Source: Camelus ferus
Lineage: Eukaryota
DNA length: 64,000 bases
Direction: 5' to 3'
NCBI RefSeq assembly: GCF_009834535.1
Contig: NC_045697.1
Location: 44,146,001-44,210,000, forward strand
The notes below the pieces were generated by a model. That model saw nothing but the letters and a program-made list of their open reading frames with translations, ran no database searches and was not told where the DNA came from. Positions 13,401 to 25,400 of the stretch are shown here, one piece after another (position 1 is the stretch's first letter; every line of letters begins with the position of its first letter). The position numbers and the translations under genes are program-made.

Positions 13401-16400
13401 CTTGAATGTTTATATGGTCAGCTCATACTTATTTTAGATCTGTATAGTTGTAGATCTGTATGAGCTACCCTGAGTTTGACATCTTACTCTTAATTTATTT
13501 CAAGCATCTCTTTTTTTAATTAACTTTCATCTCTTTCTTAGATCACCATTTTCTGCCATTACCAACTTTAACAGTTGATTCTCTTTTAGAATCTTTTTTC
13601 CCTACAAAGAAATAAAGTTGCATTTTTTCAGGTACTTTTGTGATTTGTGAGCATTACTTAACTGCAAGAAAACAACAAAAGAGCAGTGTTGATAAGTGAC
13701 ATTGATCTTGTATGTTACTGTGTGGTGGGCATAATTCAAATCCCTGACTTGGTTAAATTGTAAGTAACACTATATATAATGGACCTTTGATGTCAGTCTT
13801 CAGTATTAGAAACCATGATGTCAGACCCTAAGGTGACAGGTTTTATTGTATAATACACAGCATATGAACAAATATCATATGAATGATCAGGCTTACTTTA
13901 AGAAGATCAACATGCTGTCATATATAGTTGGGTGAACTCTGTTTGCTTTGCTTTCTTCCATTGCTTCTTATAGCCAAATATTGTGCAGCTTCGTGACAGA
14001 CTTTGTAGAGCACAAGGAGAGCCTGTACCAGGACAACAGGAGTCATCTAAAATTCTATATGAGAGGCAGCAGCTGCCCAAGGGCAGGCCTGGACCCGTTG
14101 CTGGTCACACACAGATGCCAAGAGTTCCAACTCAACAATATTATCCCCATGTGAGTGATATGGTTCAGATAGTAACATTTATGTATTTCTGTTCAAATTG
14201 GTGGTTTTAGTTTGTTGGGTAAGAGACCTTATAATGTGTTTTTTTTTTTAATTATCCCTTTAATCTGGTCAAATAGATTATAAATTATATATAAATTAAT
14301 CTAAGCTCTCTAGGGTGATTTCTTCTTACTTCTCCATCACTCAAACTTCTCTTACACATGCACATCTGTTCTCTACAGTTTGATTCATCTAACAAACTGT
14401 AAGTAAAGTAGTGGGTACAATTTTGTGAGTGATTTGGTTAATTTTTTTTAATGTTTTTAGAAAATAGTAGTCCTTTTTTTGAGAATTATTTTTTGAATCA
14501 GTAGAACAGGTTTACTATGAACAGGTTTACTTCTATATCAGCACAATACAAAGTATCCAGAATTCAAACTTATTTTTTTGGACAAGTTGTATTTTAGAGA
14601 AAGCAAATGGCCAAAGGTTTATGAAAATGTGGGTCATGGGATATGTAAAGATGATTAAATGATTTTTATTAATTAATTTATTAAATTAAAATGACCAAAT
14701 GGCATAAAATGTGGCCTCTTACTGTTTTTTTACTATTTCATGCAGCAATCTTTATTTCCAGACCAATAGATAACCTCATGTTCTTAAGTGAAAATTATAT
14801 TTTCATAAGTAGTAAATGGTCTTGATTGATAACAAAATTAACTGGTACCCTCTCCATTTTAAAATAGAATAAATTGCTGATAGAATTGACAGGGTCAGTT
14901 TTACAGTTTGTTGTATCAGAAGTAAGCATAGAAGGATGAAAAACTAAAAAAAAAAATCATGCTCTTTTGTCTGTTGTACTTTTGGATGGTACTAATCAAG
15001 GTAGATCACATTTGTATATAGTTGTGACTGTAGTTTTGTTTTTTCATTCATTGGACAAATAAGAATTTAAGTGCCTGTCTTTATGCTACCCATTGAGGGT
15101 GTATGGGTAAACAAAACATTAAATTCCCCACTCTAGCGGAGATTGCACTAGACTTGCAAAGTCTACGACATAGCTAGGGCGTATCAGGTGATGGCTGGGA
15201 AAACTGAGAGGTGGAGAAGTCAAGCGACTGACTAATCAGGGTTTTAAGACAGAGGTTGAATTTCTCCGTATCTCGTGGCTAGTTAATGGTTAACAGAATT
15301 AGAACTCCTAAGCTAAGTACCTTGAGTTCCACCTCGCTATCTCAGGGCACTGAAGTAAGGCATTCTATTCTGGGAGAAGAGAATATTTACTCTTTATGTC
15401 CTTGGCTTTATCTGTCTTTCTGGGAAAATGTTAAAAAAAAAAACAAAAAAAAACCTTGAAAGACTTTGTTATAGTTCAACTTAACAGTCTCATACTTTAA
15501 GAAAAGGAAAACAAGTTCAGTCATAAATTAAGTGGTGATTTGCTTTTTAAAAACTGAATGAGGGCAGAGGCTTATGGTTTTACAGGCAGGAGTACAGGGT
15601 TGAAAGGGAGGCCAAATCAGCAGGCATTGCACTCCTGCTTAGACCAGCGCATCTTTGCGACTGTTTATGGTAGAGTTTCTACGAAGACTTACTTGACAAA
15701 AAATATTTTGATGGCTTTAAAAATTTTTTATGAAAACCTCTGGACTCCAGGCTGAGTTCCATGGTGTGGTGCAGCAAACACTGGCCTGGGCCTCAGAACA
15801 CTGGAATCAGTCCTCACTCCATTACTGAGTTGTATGGACCTCAGCCAGCCTCTTCATTTCTCTGGGCCTTGGTTTCCTTGATGATAAAGCGTGGGGATTA
15901 GACTGGATGATCTTTAGTATTGTTTGATTCTAAGCCTCATATGGGACTAACGTGATTTTTGTGGCTCTAATGAATCCAGAAAAGGGAGCTTACAGCAATA
16001 TGTTTAGAGATCTGCTAGTAGCATCAATATGATTAATGCTTCAAAATCACTTTTTTACTCAATTACTTTTTTTTTCCCCTGGAATGTCTTCTTTCCTTCC
16101 CTACTTACAGAGCCTACCTTTCCCCCCTTATTCTTGACACTTGAATGGCATTGTTCTTTGTGCTTTGATTTAGTTTTCATACTGATTTTTCTGCTATCTC
16201 CCTCCGCCCTTTTTATTGTGAATGTATGTTTTCTTTTGGGACCCCAGCTACCTTGAAAGCAATTGCCTGACTAATGTATGCTATTTTGCTGCTCTTATTT
16301 TTTGCTTTGCATCTGGCTATTAATGCCTTTTTTTTTTCTCCTTTTAACATTATCATTTTTTATTTTCTGTGATTGGTATTTCTTTGTTCAATTCAGGTTA

Positions 16401-19400
16401 GAATTGCCCCCACTGTCACTACCTGGAGTAACAAAACTCCTACCGCCCTTCCCAGCCATCCACCTGCAGCCTCTCCCTCTGACACACAGGTATATCCTTC
16501 ATTATTCCTCTTTGAGCAGAATTCTGCTCACCTAAATATATAGTTATATATTCTCTACCCAGCTCCCTCAAGTTCCCATCGCCCCATCTGTCTGTCTGCT
16601 TATTGCATTTTAATGCTTTTAGGATGCAAGAAGCAGTTTTTAATACAGTTAATTTATTTTCTTATCCCTCTCCCTGTCTTTTGCAGTTCTAAATTGACTT
16701 GAACTAGAAAAACATCAACCAAGGTTCTAACAGTGGTTTAATGCTGAAGATTTTCTTTTTTTTTTTTCTTTTTTTTCTTTTTCTTTTTTTTTTGATCATT
16801 GCAGAGAAGCAACAATTCCCTTGTGGCATTTATACTTATATTTCTGAGGCATTAGTTGTGGATAGAATTTAGTAGAGATGGAAAATCCTAGATTTTATCA
16901 TAAATATCATAGATACTGTTTTATGAGGCTATTAGCATCTCTTGCCATTCATTGCAATTATTACTTTGGACCTGTCTAATCTTTAAATCACTCAGAAAGT
17001 GTTGCTCAGAAAATGTGTCCTGAAGAAGATAGAATGCACAAAATACAATATTTTTTACGCAAAGTTTAAAAAACAACAACAATTCCATTTTAGAGATTAT
17101 AAATCCATCTGGTAAGGTTCTTGGTTCCAAATGTAATCCTCCCTTTTACTATATTCTCATTTCCTAGGGAGAAAATCCTCCACCTCCAGGTTTCATAATG
17201 CATGGAAATGTTAATCCAAATGTTGCCGCAGCTCAGCTTCCCACATCTCCAGGTCATATGCACACCCAGGTACCACCTTATCCACAGCCACAGCGTAAGT
17301 AGTATGACCCTAAGGTTCTGTCACAGCAGCGTGTCTCACCTAATGTAGTCACCATTTACTTTGAAGCTCCAAAGCCGTGATCAAATCAATTTTAACAAGT
17401 AAAGAAAGAACCATTCTGTGTTGGGCTTGAGTCTGTAGAGACACATGGTTTCCCTGAATCAACATACGAGGAAGCAAGCTTCCCTGTCATTCCATTCAGA
17501 GCAGTTGACTCCTGTTCCTGAGCCTTACTAAGACCCATTAAAGAGAGTCAATTGTCCCATGATTTTGGTATAAAAAAATAGAATTTTAGGAATTATTTGG
17601 TACATATTCTTTTCCTTCAGGCAGGATAACAAGCCATTTTGGTAAAAGTGGTTCCAGGTGACATTTGTTGTTGTTTTCCATTTACTTTATGATTATTATT
17701 TTTTTAAGAAATAGACTATTTTTTAGAGCGGTTTTAGGTTCAGAGCAAACTGAGTGGAAAGAACAGAAAGTTTCAGTATACCCTCTGTCCCCATGCACAA
17801 TCTCCCTCCCCCACCACAGACATCCTACATCACAGTGATCCACTTGTTACAGTCAGTGAGCCTACAGTGATACATTATTATCACCCAAAATACATTACTT
17901 TAGAGTCCCTCTTGGTGTTGTACATTCTATGAATTTTGACAAATGTATAGTAATGACATGTTTCCCCTATTGGCTTTCATTTTTTTTTTTTAGAAAATAC
18001 TTATACTTGGAAAGTAAAACATCACCACTATTTTAAAATTTAAAATGAGCAAAACCCAAAAATCTCAAAAGGGAAAGTTATGTGACTGAATGAACTATTA
18101 CAGAAACAAGAGGATGTTACCTAGGAAGAACTAATCTTACTGAGCACGTTCTCTGCTAAGATGGATGTTCTTACTTAACGTGAATACAGATTGAATATGG
18201 CTTTTCACTCAATGCTCAATATGAAAGAGCTGTCTTCAGAGTAGTACATTTCTACTAGATTTCCTCTGCAGGGGTTCATATCTGCCACTGGTTACATGAA
18301 AGGTAATGGTATTTGGGTTCAGGTCTTTGCATTAAAACATTAATTGGCTCCCTGATGCTTACTCACTGTGAGAAATACAGTAATTGTTTTGTCAGAGATC
18401 ATAAGAGTTGCCTGTTCATCTGAAACTGTGTTCAAACTCAGAATTTGAGTAGCCGATGACTTTACTGTATGTTGGAGAAGATACATTTGATTCACAACAA
18501 TAATGTTCACTGTTGAGATCTTGAGCTGCCACCTAACTCCCTTACATTTCCTGTGAAGGGAACTGCTTTGGTGTGGTTATTCCTGCGTGGTTCCATCTAG
18601 TGGCCAGTAGGTGTCACTGCAGTTTTTTCATAGGAGCAGGACATCTCATGAAAGGGTCAGTCTTAAAATTCCTGGGCCTGAATGTTCACAGATTTTCATA
18701 GCCAGCAGCAGCCTGGAGGTGGCAGGGTTCAAGTATTGGATCCAATGACTTTTGGTATAGTTAGGGCATCCAGACTATCAAAAGCATAACATATTTTAAG
18801 TGGTACTGTTTGGTTGTAACTTACTGTTACTAGAAGAATGATGAAAGGAACATCCTTAGAATGAGATAACTTTGATTTTCTGTTGCTGTCTGAATAAATT
18901 TGTAACTAATTAAAATTTCTGTTTCTTCTCCTTGGTGTAGCTTATCAGCCAGCCCAGAAGTATTCCTTCGGAACAGGGGGGTCAGCAGTGTATCGACCTC
19001 AGCAGCCTATTGCTCCTTCTGCTTCAAACGCTTACCCTAACACCCCTTACATACCCTCTGCTTCTTCCTACTCTGGGCAGTCTCAGCTGTACGCAGCACA
19101 GCACCAGGCCTCTCCACCTGCCTCCAGCCCTACTGCCTCTTTCCCCCCTCCCCCTGCCTCTGGAGCATCCTTCCAGCATGGCGGACCAGGAGCTCCACCA
19201 TCATCTTCAGCTTATGCACTACCTCCTGGAACAACAGGTACACTGCCTGCTGCCAGTGAGCTGCCTGCATCCCAAAGAACAGGTCTGCGCTTGAAAGGGA
19301 TTTGGTTTGGCTCCCTCCTTTATTTGTTCATGATCACATGGGTGGATGGAGGGGAGTTATTTCTAACTGTAAACTGGGTCATGTGAGGTATTGACTGAAT

Positions 19401-22400
19401 TTTTTATAACAGATTCTAAAACTGTTTCTAAAAGTATGATTTTCCCATAGTGAACTTTAGTTGCTAAATGAGAAAAGCTTTAGAGCTTTCAGAAGGGTAA
19501 CTGTATAATCTACCATTGAGCTTTATTTTAGTGGTGAGAAATTAGTTGGCAAGAAAGTACTGGTTGGAAATAGATTTACTTGACACTCATTTCTTTACTA
19601 GAGCAAAACCATGCTCTGTGTTCTTCCTGAGTTTTCAATTTAAAAAATTATTTGTGCCTTAAATTCATTCATGGAGATTAAACAGTACAGGGTCTTAATG
19701 GGGTAGTACAAAATTTTAGAATTATGTTTATTTATAAAGTTGAGGAAGGACCTAGATATGTATATTGAAAGGAAAAAAGGGAGAGGACACAACTCTGACA
19801 GAATCTCTAGGCCAGCAGACAGGCAGTGTACAGTAGTGCTGTGATTCTCCGTTAGGGCAACCCCCCCCCCCCAAACATTTTGAAAATTTCTAGGCATTTT
19901 TGCTGTGCTGGTTGGTATTATAGTTCTACCTGAAATTTTCTGTTTAAAATCATAACTTTAAAAGTATTTTTATAGTAAAATACACGTTTTATAAATTCTT
20001 TTTATCTCGTTACAGTTAAAGCATTACATTAATTTTTTGTAGATAGGTGATAGTATCTGATTTTCATTTGGAGATTGTAAAGGAGCCTCAAAAAGAGATC
20101 AGTGAATCGGGGTTAAGAAGCACTAACACAGTGGTTTAGAATGCAGGCTTTGGAATCAGACTCCCTGGGTTTGTATCCCAGCTTCACTCCTTTTTAGTTA
20201 TGTGACCTTGAATAAGTTACTTAACTTTAAGCCTCGGTTTCCTCATAATAATAATAATACCTACTCATAAACTTATGAAGAATATTGAATACATTAATAC
20301 ATTTAGGGGCAATGACTGCAAAAAATAGCTGTGATTACACAAAACCTCGCTCAGAATTAGAGCTCTGTGCTTTTGGTATTTGAAAATAGTTTCTCTTTCA
20401 GATTATAACTGGTGGTTTTGAACTAGAGGGGCAAAACATTTCTCCTAATACTAAAGTTGCTCCTAGGAGTCCAGTATGTATTTTTCTCTTTTTATCTGCT
20501 AAGCAACAACTTTAATTACTGAAAACATTTATTATAAAATAGGATTTATTGAGAAAGTATTACTTCTAATAAAGTCTATGGATGCAGAATTATATACATA
20601 TCTCCTTCTCTCTTCTTTGATATATAATATTCAATTCCAGAGTACTAAAAATCACACACGCAATATGTGTCACCCTTTACTGCACAAATAAAATTTATGT
20701 AATTTTCAATGCAGATAATTCAATAAATTGATATTTAGAGAGGAGTGCTAATTTAATTGAGAGTTCAAAAAGTTACCTTTTAAAACCTGAATGAGTAAAA
20801 ACAGTATCCATTCTGAATAGTTGGGTAATAGAGTTCATGAGTGAAAGCAGGATGCAGGTAAATCCCCACATAGAAATGTGGTGCAGGGAAGTAAATTATC
20901 ACTTACTGCACATACATTGGACATGTACCAGCACTTGCCATATATTGTCTTATTTAAGTCTCACAACCATGAAAAACAGGAATTTTTTTTTTTAATTGAC
21001 AAGGGGAAGCTTCAGTTTCCTGGGGTTATATAGTGTTTTCATGATTGTACAGTGATAGTCTCCAAGTAGAGATACAAACCCAGGTCTCTCAGTCTTCAAA
21101 GCCCGTTGTTCATTCTTCTTTACCAGATGGTCTAGTCCTGATGGAAGGAACAGAAAGCGCTATCAGTGCTGGAATTACAGAAGCATTTAGCATCACTATT
21201 TTAAGCATTTGTTACTTCATCGTCTAAATTAAATGTTTGCATGGGTATTTTTTCTTCCTTAAGCAAAAGTTCGTTTGGCCATGAGATAGTCTTTGCTTAT
21301 GTACGAAGTAACAGTGTTCTAACCTGGCTGAGAAGCAGAGTAACTAATAGGAAGAAGCCGTACATTTTTCAGTATTCAGCATGGACTAAGCTAGCTGCTT
21401 TGTTGTCTCTTGCATGTTATTAGTCCCTATATTTAAACTGTTACAGCTTTACCTTATTTTATTTTTTGATTTCCTAAAAATTTTGCTTAGGTTATACAGA
21501 TAATTGTGACTGGAAGTTTTATCTTTGTTTTAATATGTCTTAAATTATATCATGGTATTCTCTAGGATTTGGAAATTCCGTTTGTCCAGTGGATTATTGA
21601 TAGACATTAGGATTTTCAAGCCCTCTAACTATTAAGGAACCACAAGATTAAATGCCCATGGCTCAGAGAAACTAATATTGTAACTATCAAAACATTCATT
21701 CAGTAAATTCTTAATGAGACCTGTTCAGTCTATAATCAGAATTATGCCAGGCAGAGGTAAGGAGGCAGGAAAGAATGGTACATTTCTGGTGAACAGCACA
21801 CTGCTTTGTTATAAATTGGAATGTAAAATTTATATTTGGGCCAAATTTTGGAAAATATTTAATGTCAGGGGCTAGAAGTCTATTATAGGAGTTGGAAATA
21901 CCAAGGGGCATGGTCAAAGTGGTACTTTTGGAAGGTTAATCTGGCAGTGGTCTTACAAGATAGACTGTGGGCAACGTGGCAGAGTCAGAGGCAAGGGAAA
22001 CAGGCACTCTCCCACTTCTGGGTATAAAGTGGTAACAGCCTGCGTTAGAACAGTGCAACGTTGTTTCAGTGGTGGCAACGCAACAAGCAGGAAGTTTTCC
22101 TGGTTTTACTGTCCAGGATAGTCTCAGATAGATAACGTAGTGCCCTTCCTTCCTTCCTTCCTTCCTTCCTTCCTTCCTTCCTTCCTTCCTTCCTTCCTCC
22201 CTCCCTCCCTCCTCCCTCCCTCCCTCCCTCCCTTCCTTCCTTCCTTCCTTCCTTCCTTCCTTCCCTCTTTCTTTCTCTCTTTCTTTCTCTTCTCCCCTTC
22301 TTCCCTGGTTTAATGTGTGCTTGTTACTAAGGGAGAGCACTTTGAAATACGAAGGCCCAAGGATTTTACTCAAAAAAATTGTTTTCTGAAAAAATGACAG

Positions 22401-25400
22401 GCCTGTACACCAGAAATTGACACAACATTGTAAACTGACTATAACTCAATAAAAAAAAAATTTTTTAAAAATGACAAGCTATCATGAAACTGTCTTTGAG
22501 TTAACAGTATTGATTTTGTTCAATGGAAAATCTATCTTTGTAGTGTGTTCCTTCACATAGAAGAGTCTAGAAAGGACATAATACTGCATACTTTCATGAA
22601 ATAGTAAAGTGCACTGAAATTTTTTTTAAATTTTCTTAAACATTCCTTAGTTAAATATTAAGTACCTGGTGTTAGCCTTGTACATAAAAGATGGGAGTAT
22701 GATAGCCTTCTTTACTTTTCTTTGGATAATTCAGTTTTACCTTGTGTCATCGGAAAATGACCTCAGGATTCATTCTTTCTAAATTTTAATTTTTAATTTT
22801 GTGACCTTTTTTTTTTTAAATGTGACATGCTAGATTCACAGGGGAAGGGGGAGTCATATTGTTAACAAGTATGCTCTATTCTCTCCGTCTCAAATTATCT
22901 TCTAGCCAAAAGTCTTCATACTATACCACTAGTATTTTTCTGTGAACCCACTGAAAACTATCTCAGCCAGTGCACAGATCCTATTGTTCTGCTCCTGCAG
23001 AAAATACCTACAGTAGTTCCCAGTGAGAAGTGACATCCAAGAAAGGACAGTAGCAAGTCCACTTCTGTATGTGAGACCGAGCAGTTCCGTCTTCCTTCCC
23101 CAGAGACCCTGTGGAGAACTAATCCCTACTCTTAAGGTGGATACGGGTCTCCAGTATCCAGTGACACACATACTCAGGTTTTAAATTAATTTCTCCTTGA
23201 TTTTTTAAATCTTTTACTGTAGGATTTTGAAAGACCCCCCAAATAGTATAAAGAATAAAACTGAAATTATCTATAATTCTACCACCTATATATAACCACT
23301 AATAATTTTGGTCTATTTATTCCCTTCATGCACATATATACATACATATATACATAAACATATATATATATATACACACACACACGAATATTTGTATGTA
23401 CTCATGTATTAAAATTTTTTTAATTTGGTAGAATACACATAACATAAAAGTTACCATTTTAACCATCTTTAAGAGATATTAAGTACATTTACATTGTGGT
23501 ACAATTATCACCACTAACTACAGAACTTTTTTGTCACCCCATACTGAAATTATGTAGCCATGAAAAACTCCCCATGTTCCCCAGCCCCTGGTAAGCACCA
23601 CCCTACTTTCTGTCTCTGTGTATGTGTTCTAGATACTTCATATATAAGTAGAGTCATACAATTTTGTCCTCCTGTAACTGTCGGTTTCATTGTGCCCAGG
23701 ATTCATCTGTGTTGTAGTAGCATGGATGAGAATTTCCTTTTTAAAGCTGAATAATATTCCACTGTATGTATATACCACGTTTTGTTTATCCATTAATCTG
23801 CACGTGAGCATTTTTTTTTAATTGAAATACAGTCATGCATGTGGGCATTTTGACTATTGTGAATAATGCTATGAATATGAGTATACAAATATCTGTTCAA
23901 GTCCCTGCTTTCATTTCTTTTGGATATATACCCAGAAGTGGAATTTCTGGATCAAATAGTAATTCAATGTTTAATTTTTTGAGGAACCACCGTACTGTTT
24001 TCTATAGTGGCTGCGCTATTTTACATTTTCACCAGCAATGCATTGAGTCTGATTTCTGCACATCCACACCAACACTTGTTTTCTGGCTTTTTTCTTTTAA
24101 TTCTAGCCATTCCAGTGGTTGTAAAGATTGTAATATCTTATTGTATGCATGCATTTTTAAAGAATTGAGATCATAACTCCCACACAAATACACTCACAAT
24201 TTACATCTTACTACTTTTCTTAATATTACACCATGAACCATTTTCCATTGCCCTTTAAAGTCATGTCATGTTTAAAAAGAAGGTAAGAAGGAGATTTATG
24301 CCCATTTTTGTAGTTTTTTTGAAAGGGTTAAGACTTCTATCTTTTCTTAACAGTTTTATGAGAGAATGATGTTCAAGATTGGACTATGCTGTGTTGATTT
24401 TTAAAATTTTGACCAAGAGTATCATTTTGCACATCTATAATGAGCCCCCATGATACTGTCTCCTGAGATGTTCATGTTCTTTGTGTAGCTTTACCTACTG
24501 TTGCTGTTAAAGTGTATCTCTATAAAGTAGAAGTCAATTTAATTGTGTTTTTTAAAAGTGATATTTAAACAATTTAAAGATACAAAAGCAAAAAGATTGA
24601 AAGGGGTTAGAATTATAGCTAAGACAAAGCTGTGTGTTAAATCGGTAAGAGATTCTAACAAGGATTTTCTGGGCTGAAATGAAACATGACTAAATATGAT
24701 TTATGGTTTGATGTTAGGAGAGGCCAGTTAGGCATATATTTTGGAGGGAACTTTGATTATTGTACAACTGTTACTTTCTGTTCAATAGACAGCTCCAGCC
24801 TCAGGTAATGAGGGGTAGCCAACTGGTTGTATGTTCCTGTTGAAAGTCTTTTTGCTTCTGATTTCATTGTTTTACTCCTAACGTTCAACTTGATTTGATT
24901 TCATTATAACTTTGGTGTCATTTTACCAAAGGGTCATATGAAATTGTCTCACGTACTTTTTTGTCCTGCTAATGGTTGGTGACATCAGGATACCCTCTCT
25001 AGCTTTAACATCCAGGGATGAGGTCACTGCTGTGAGAAGTTAGAGGGAAAACTGGTCTCATCTTCTGCTCCTGCCTCTCAGGGGGCTGGGAAGGAAGGCA
25101 TGTTGTTGAGACTGTTCCCTAAAAAAAAAAGGGTCAAGGCCAAAGTATTTTCAGTACTTCTAGGGTTTGAATTCCGTCGATCCCCCCACCATACCAAAAT
25201 CTGAGGATGCTCGCGTTCTATAAAGAGGCGCAGTATTCGCATGTAACCTATGCCCGTATACTTTAATCTCCAGATTGCTAGTAATACCTGATACAGTGTA
25301 AGTGTTATGTAAATACTTGCCACAAATCCACGTTTTGCTTTTGGGAACGCTCTGGATTTTTTCTTTCCTGAGTGTTTTCGATCCTTGGTTGGTTGAAACC

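Noticed and set aside
14504..14531. 13-bp direct repeat gaacaggtttact x2
   Set aside because: Simple local tandem duplication; only two units, not an array.
21936..22373. 145-aa ORF with EGRK repeats
   Set aside because: Translation of the (CCTT)n microsatellite.
23835..24176. 113-aa ORF
   Set aside because: Antisense reading of an old L1 fragment.
24932..24952. Possible 21-nt exon after ctaac...ttttaccaaag (GSYEIVS)
   Set aside because: The acceptor looks plausible, but the donor (CAC|gtactt) is poor and there is no other support.
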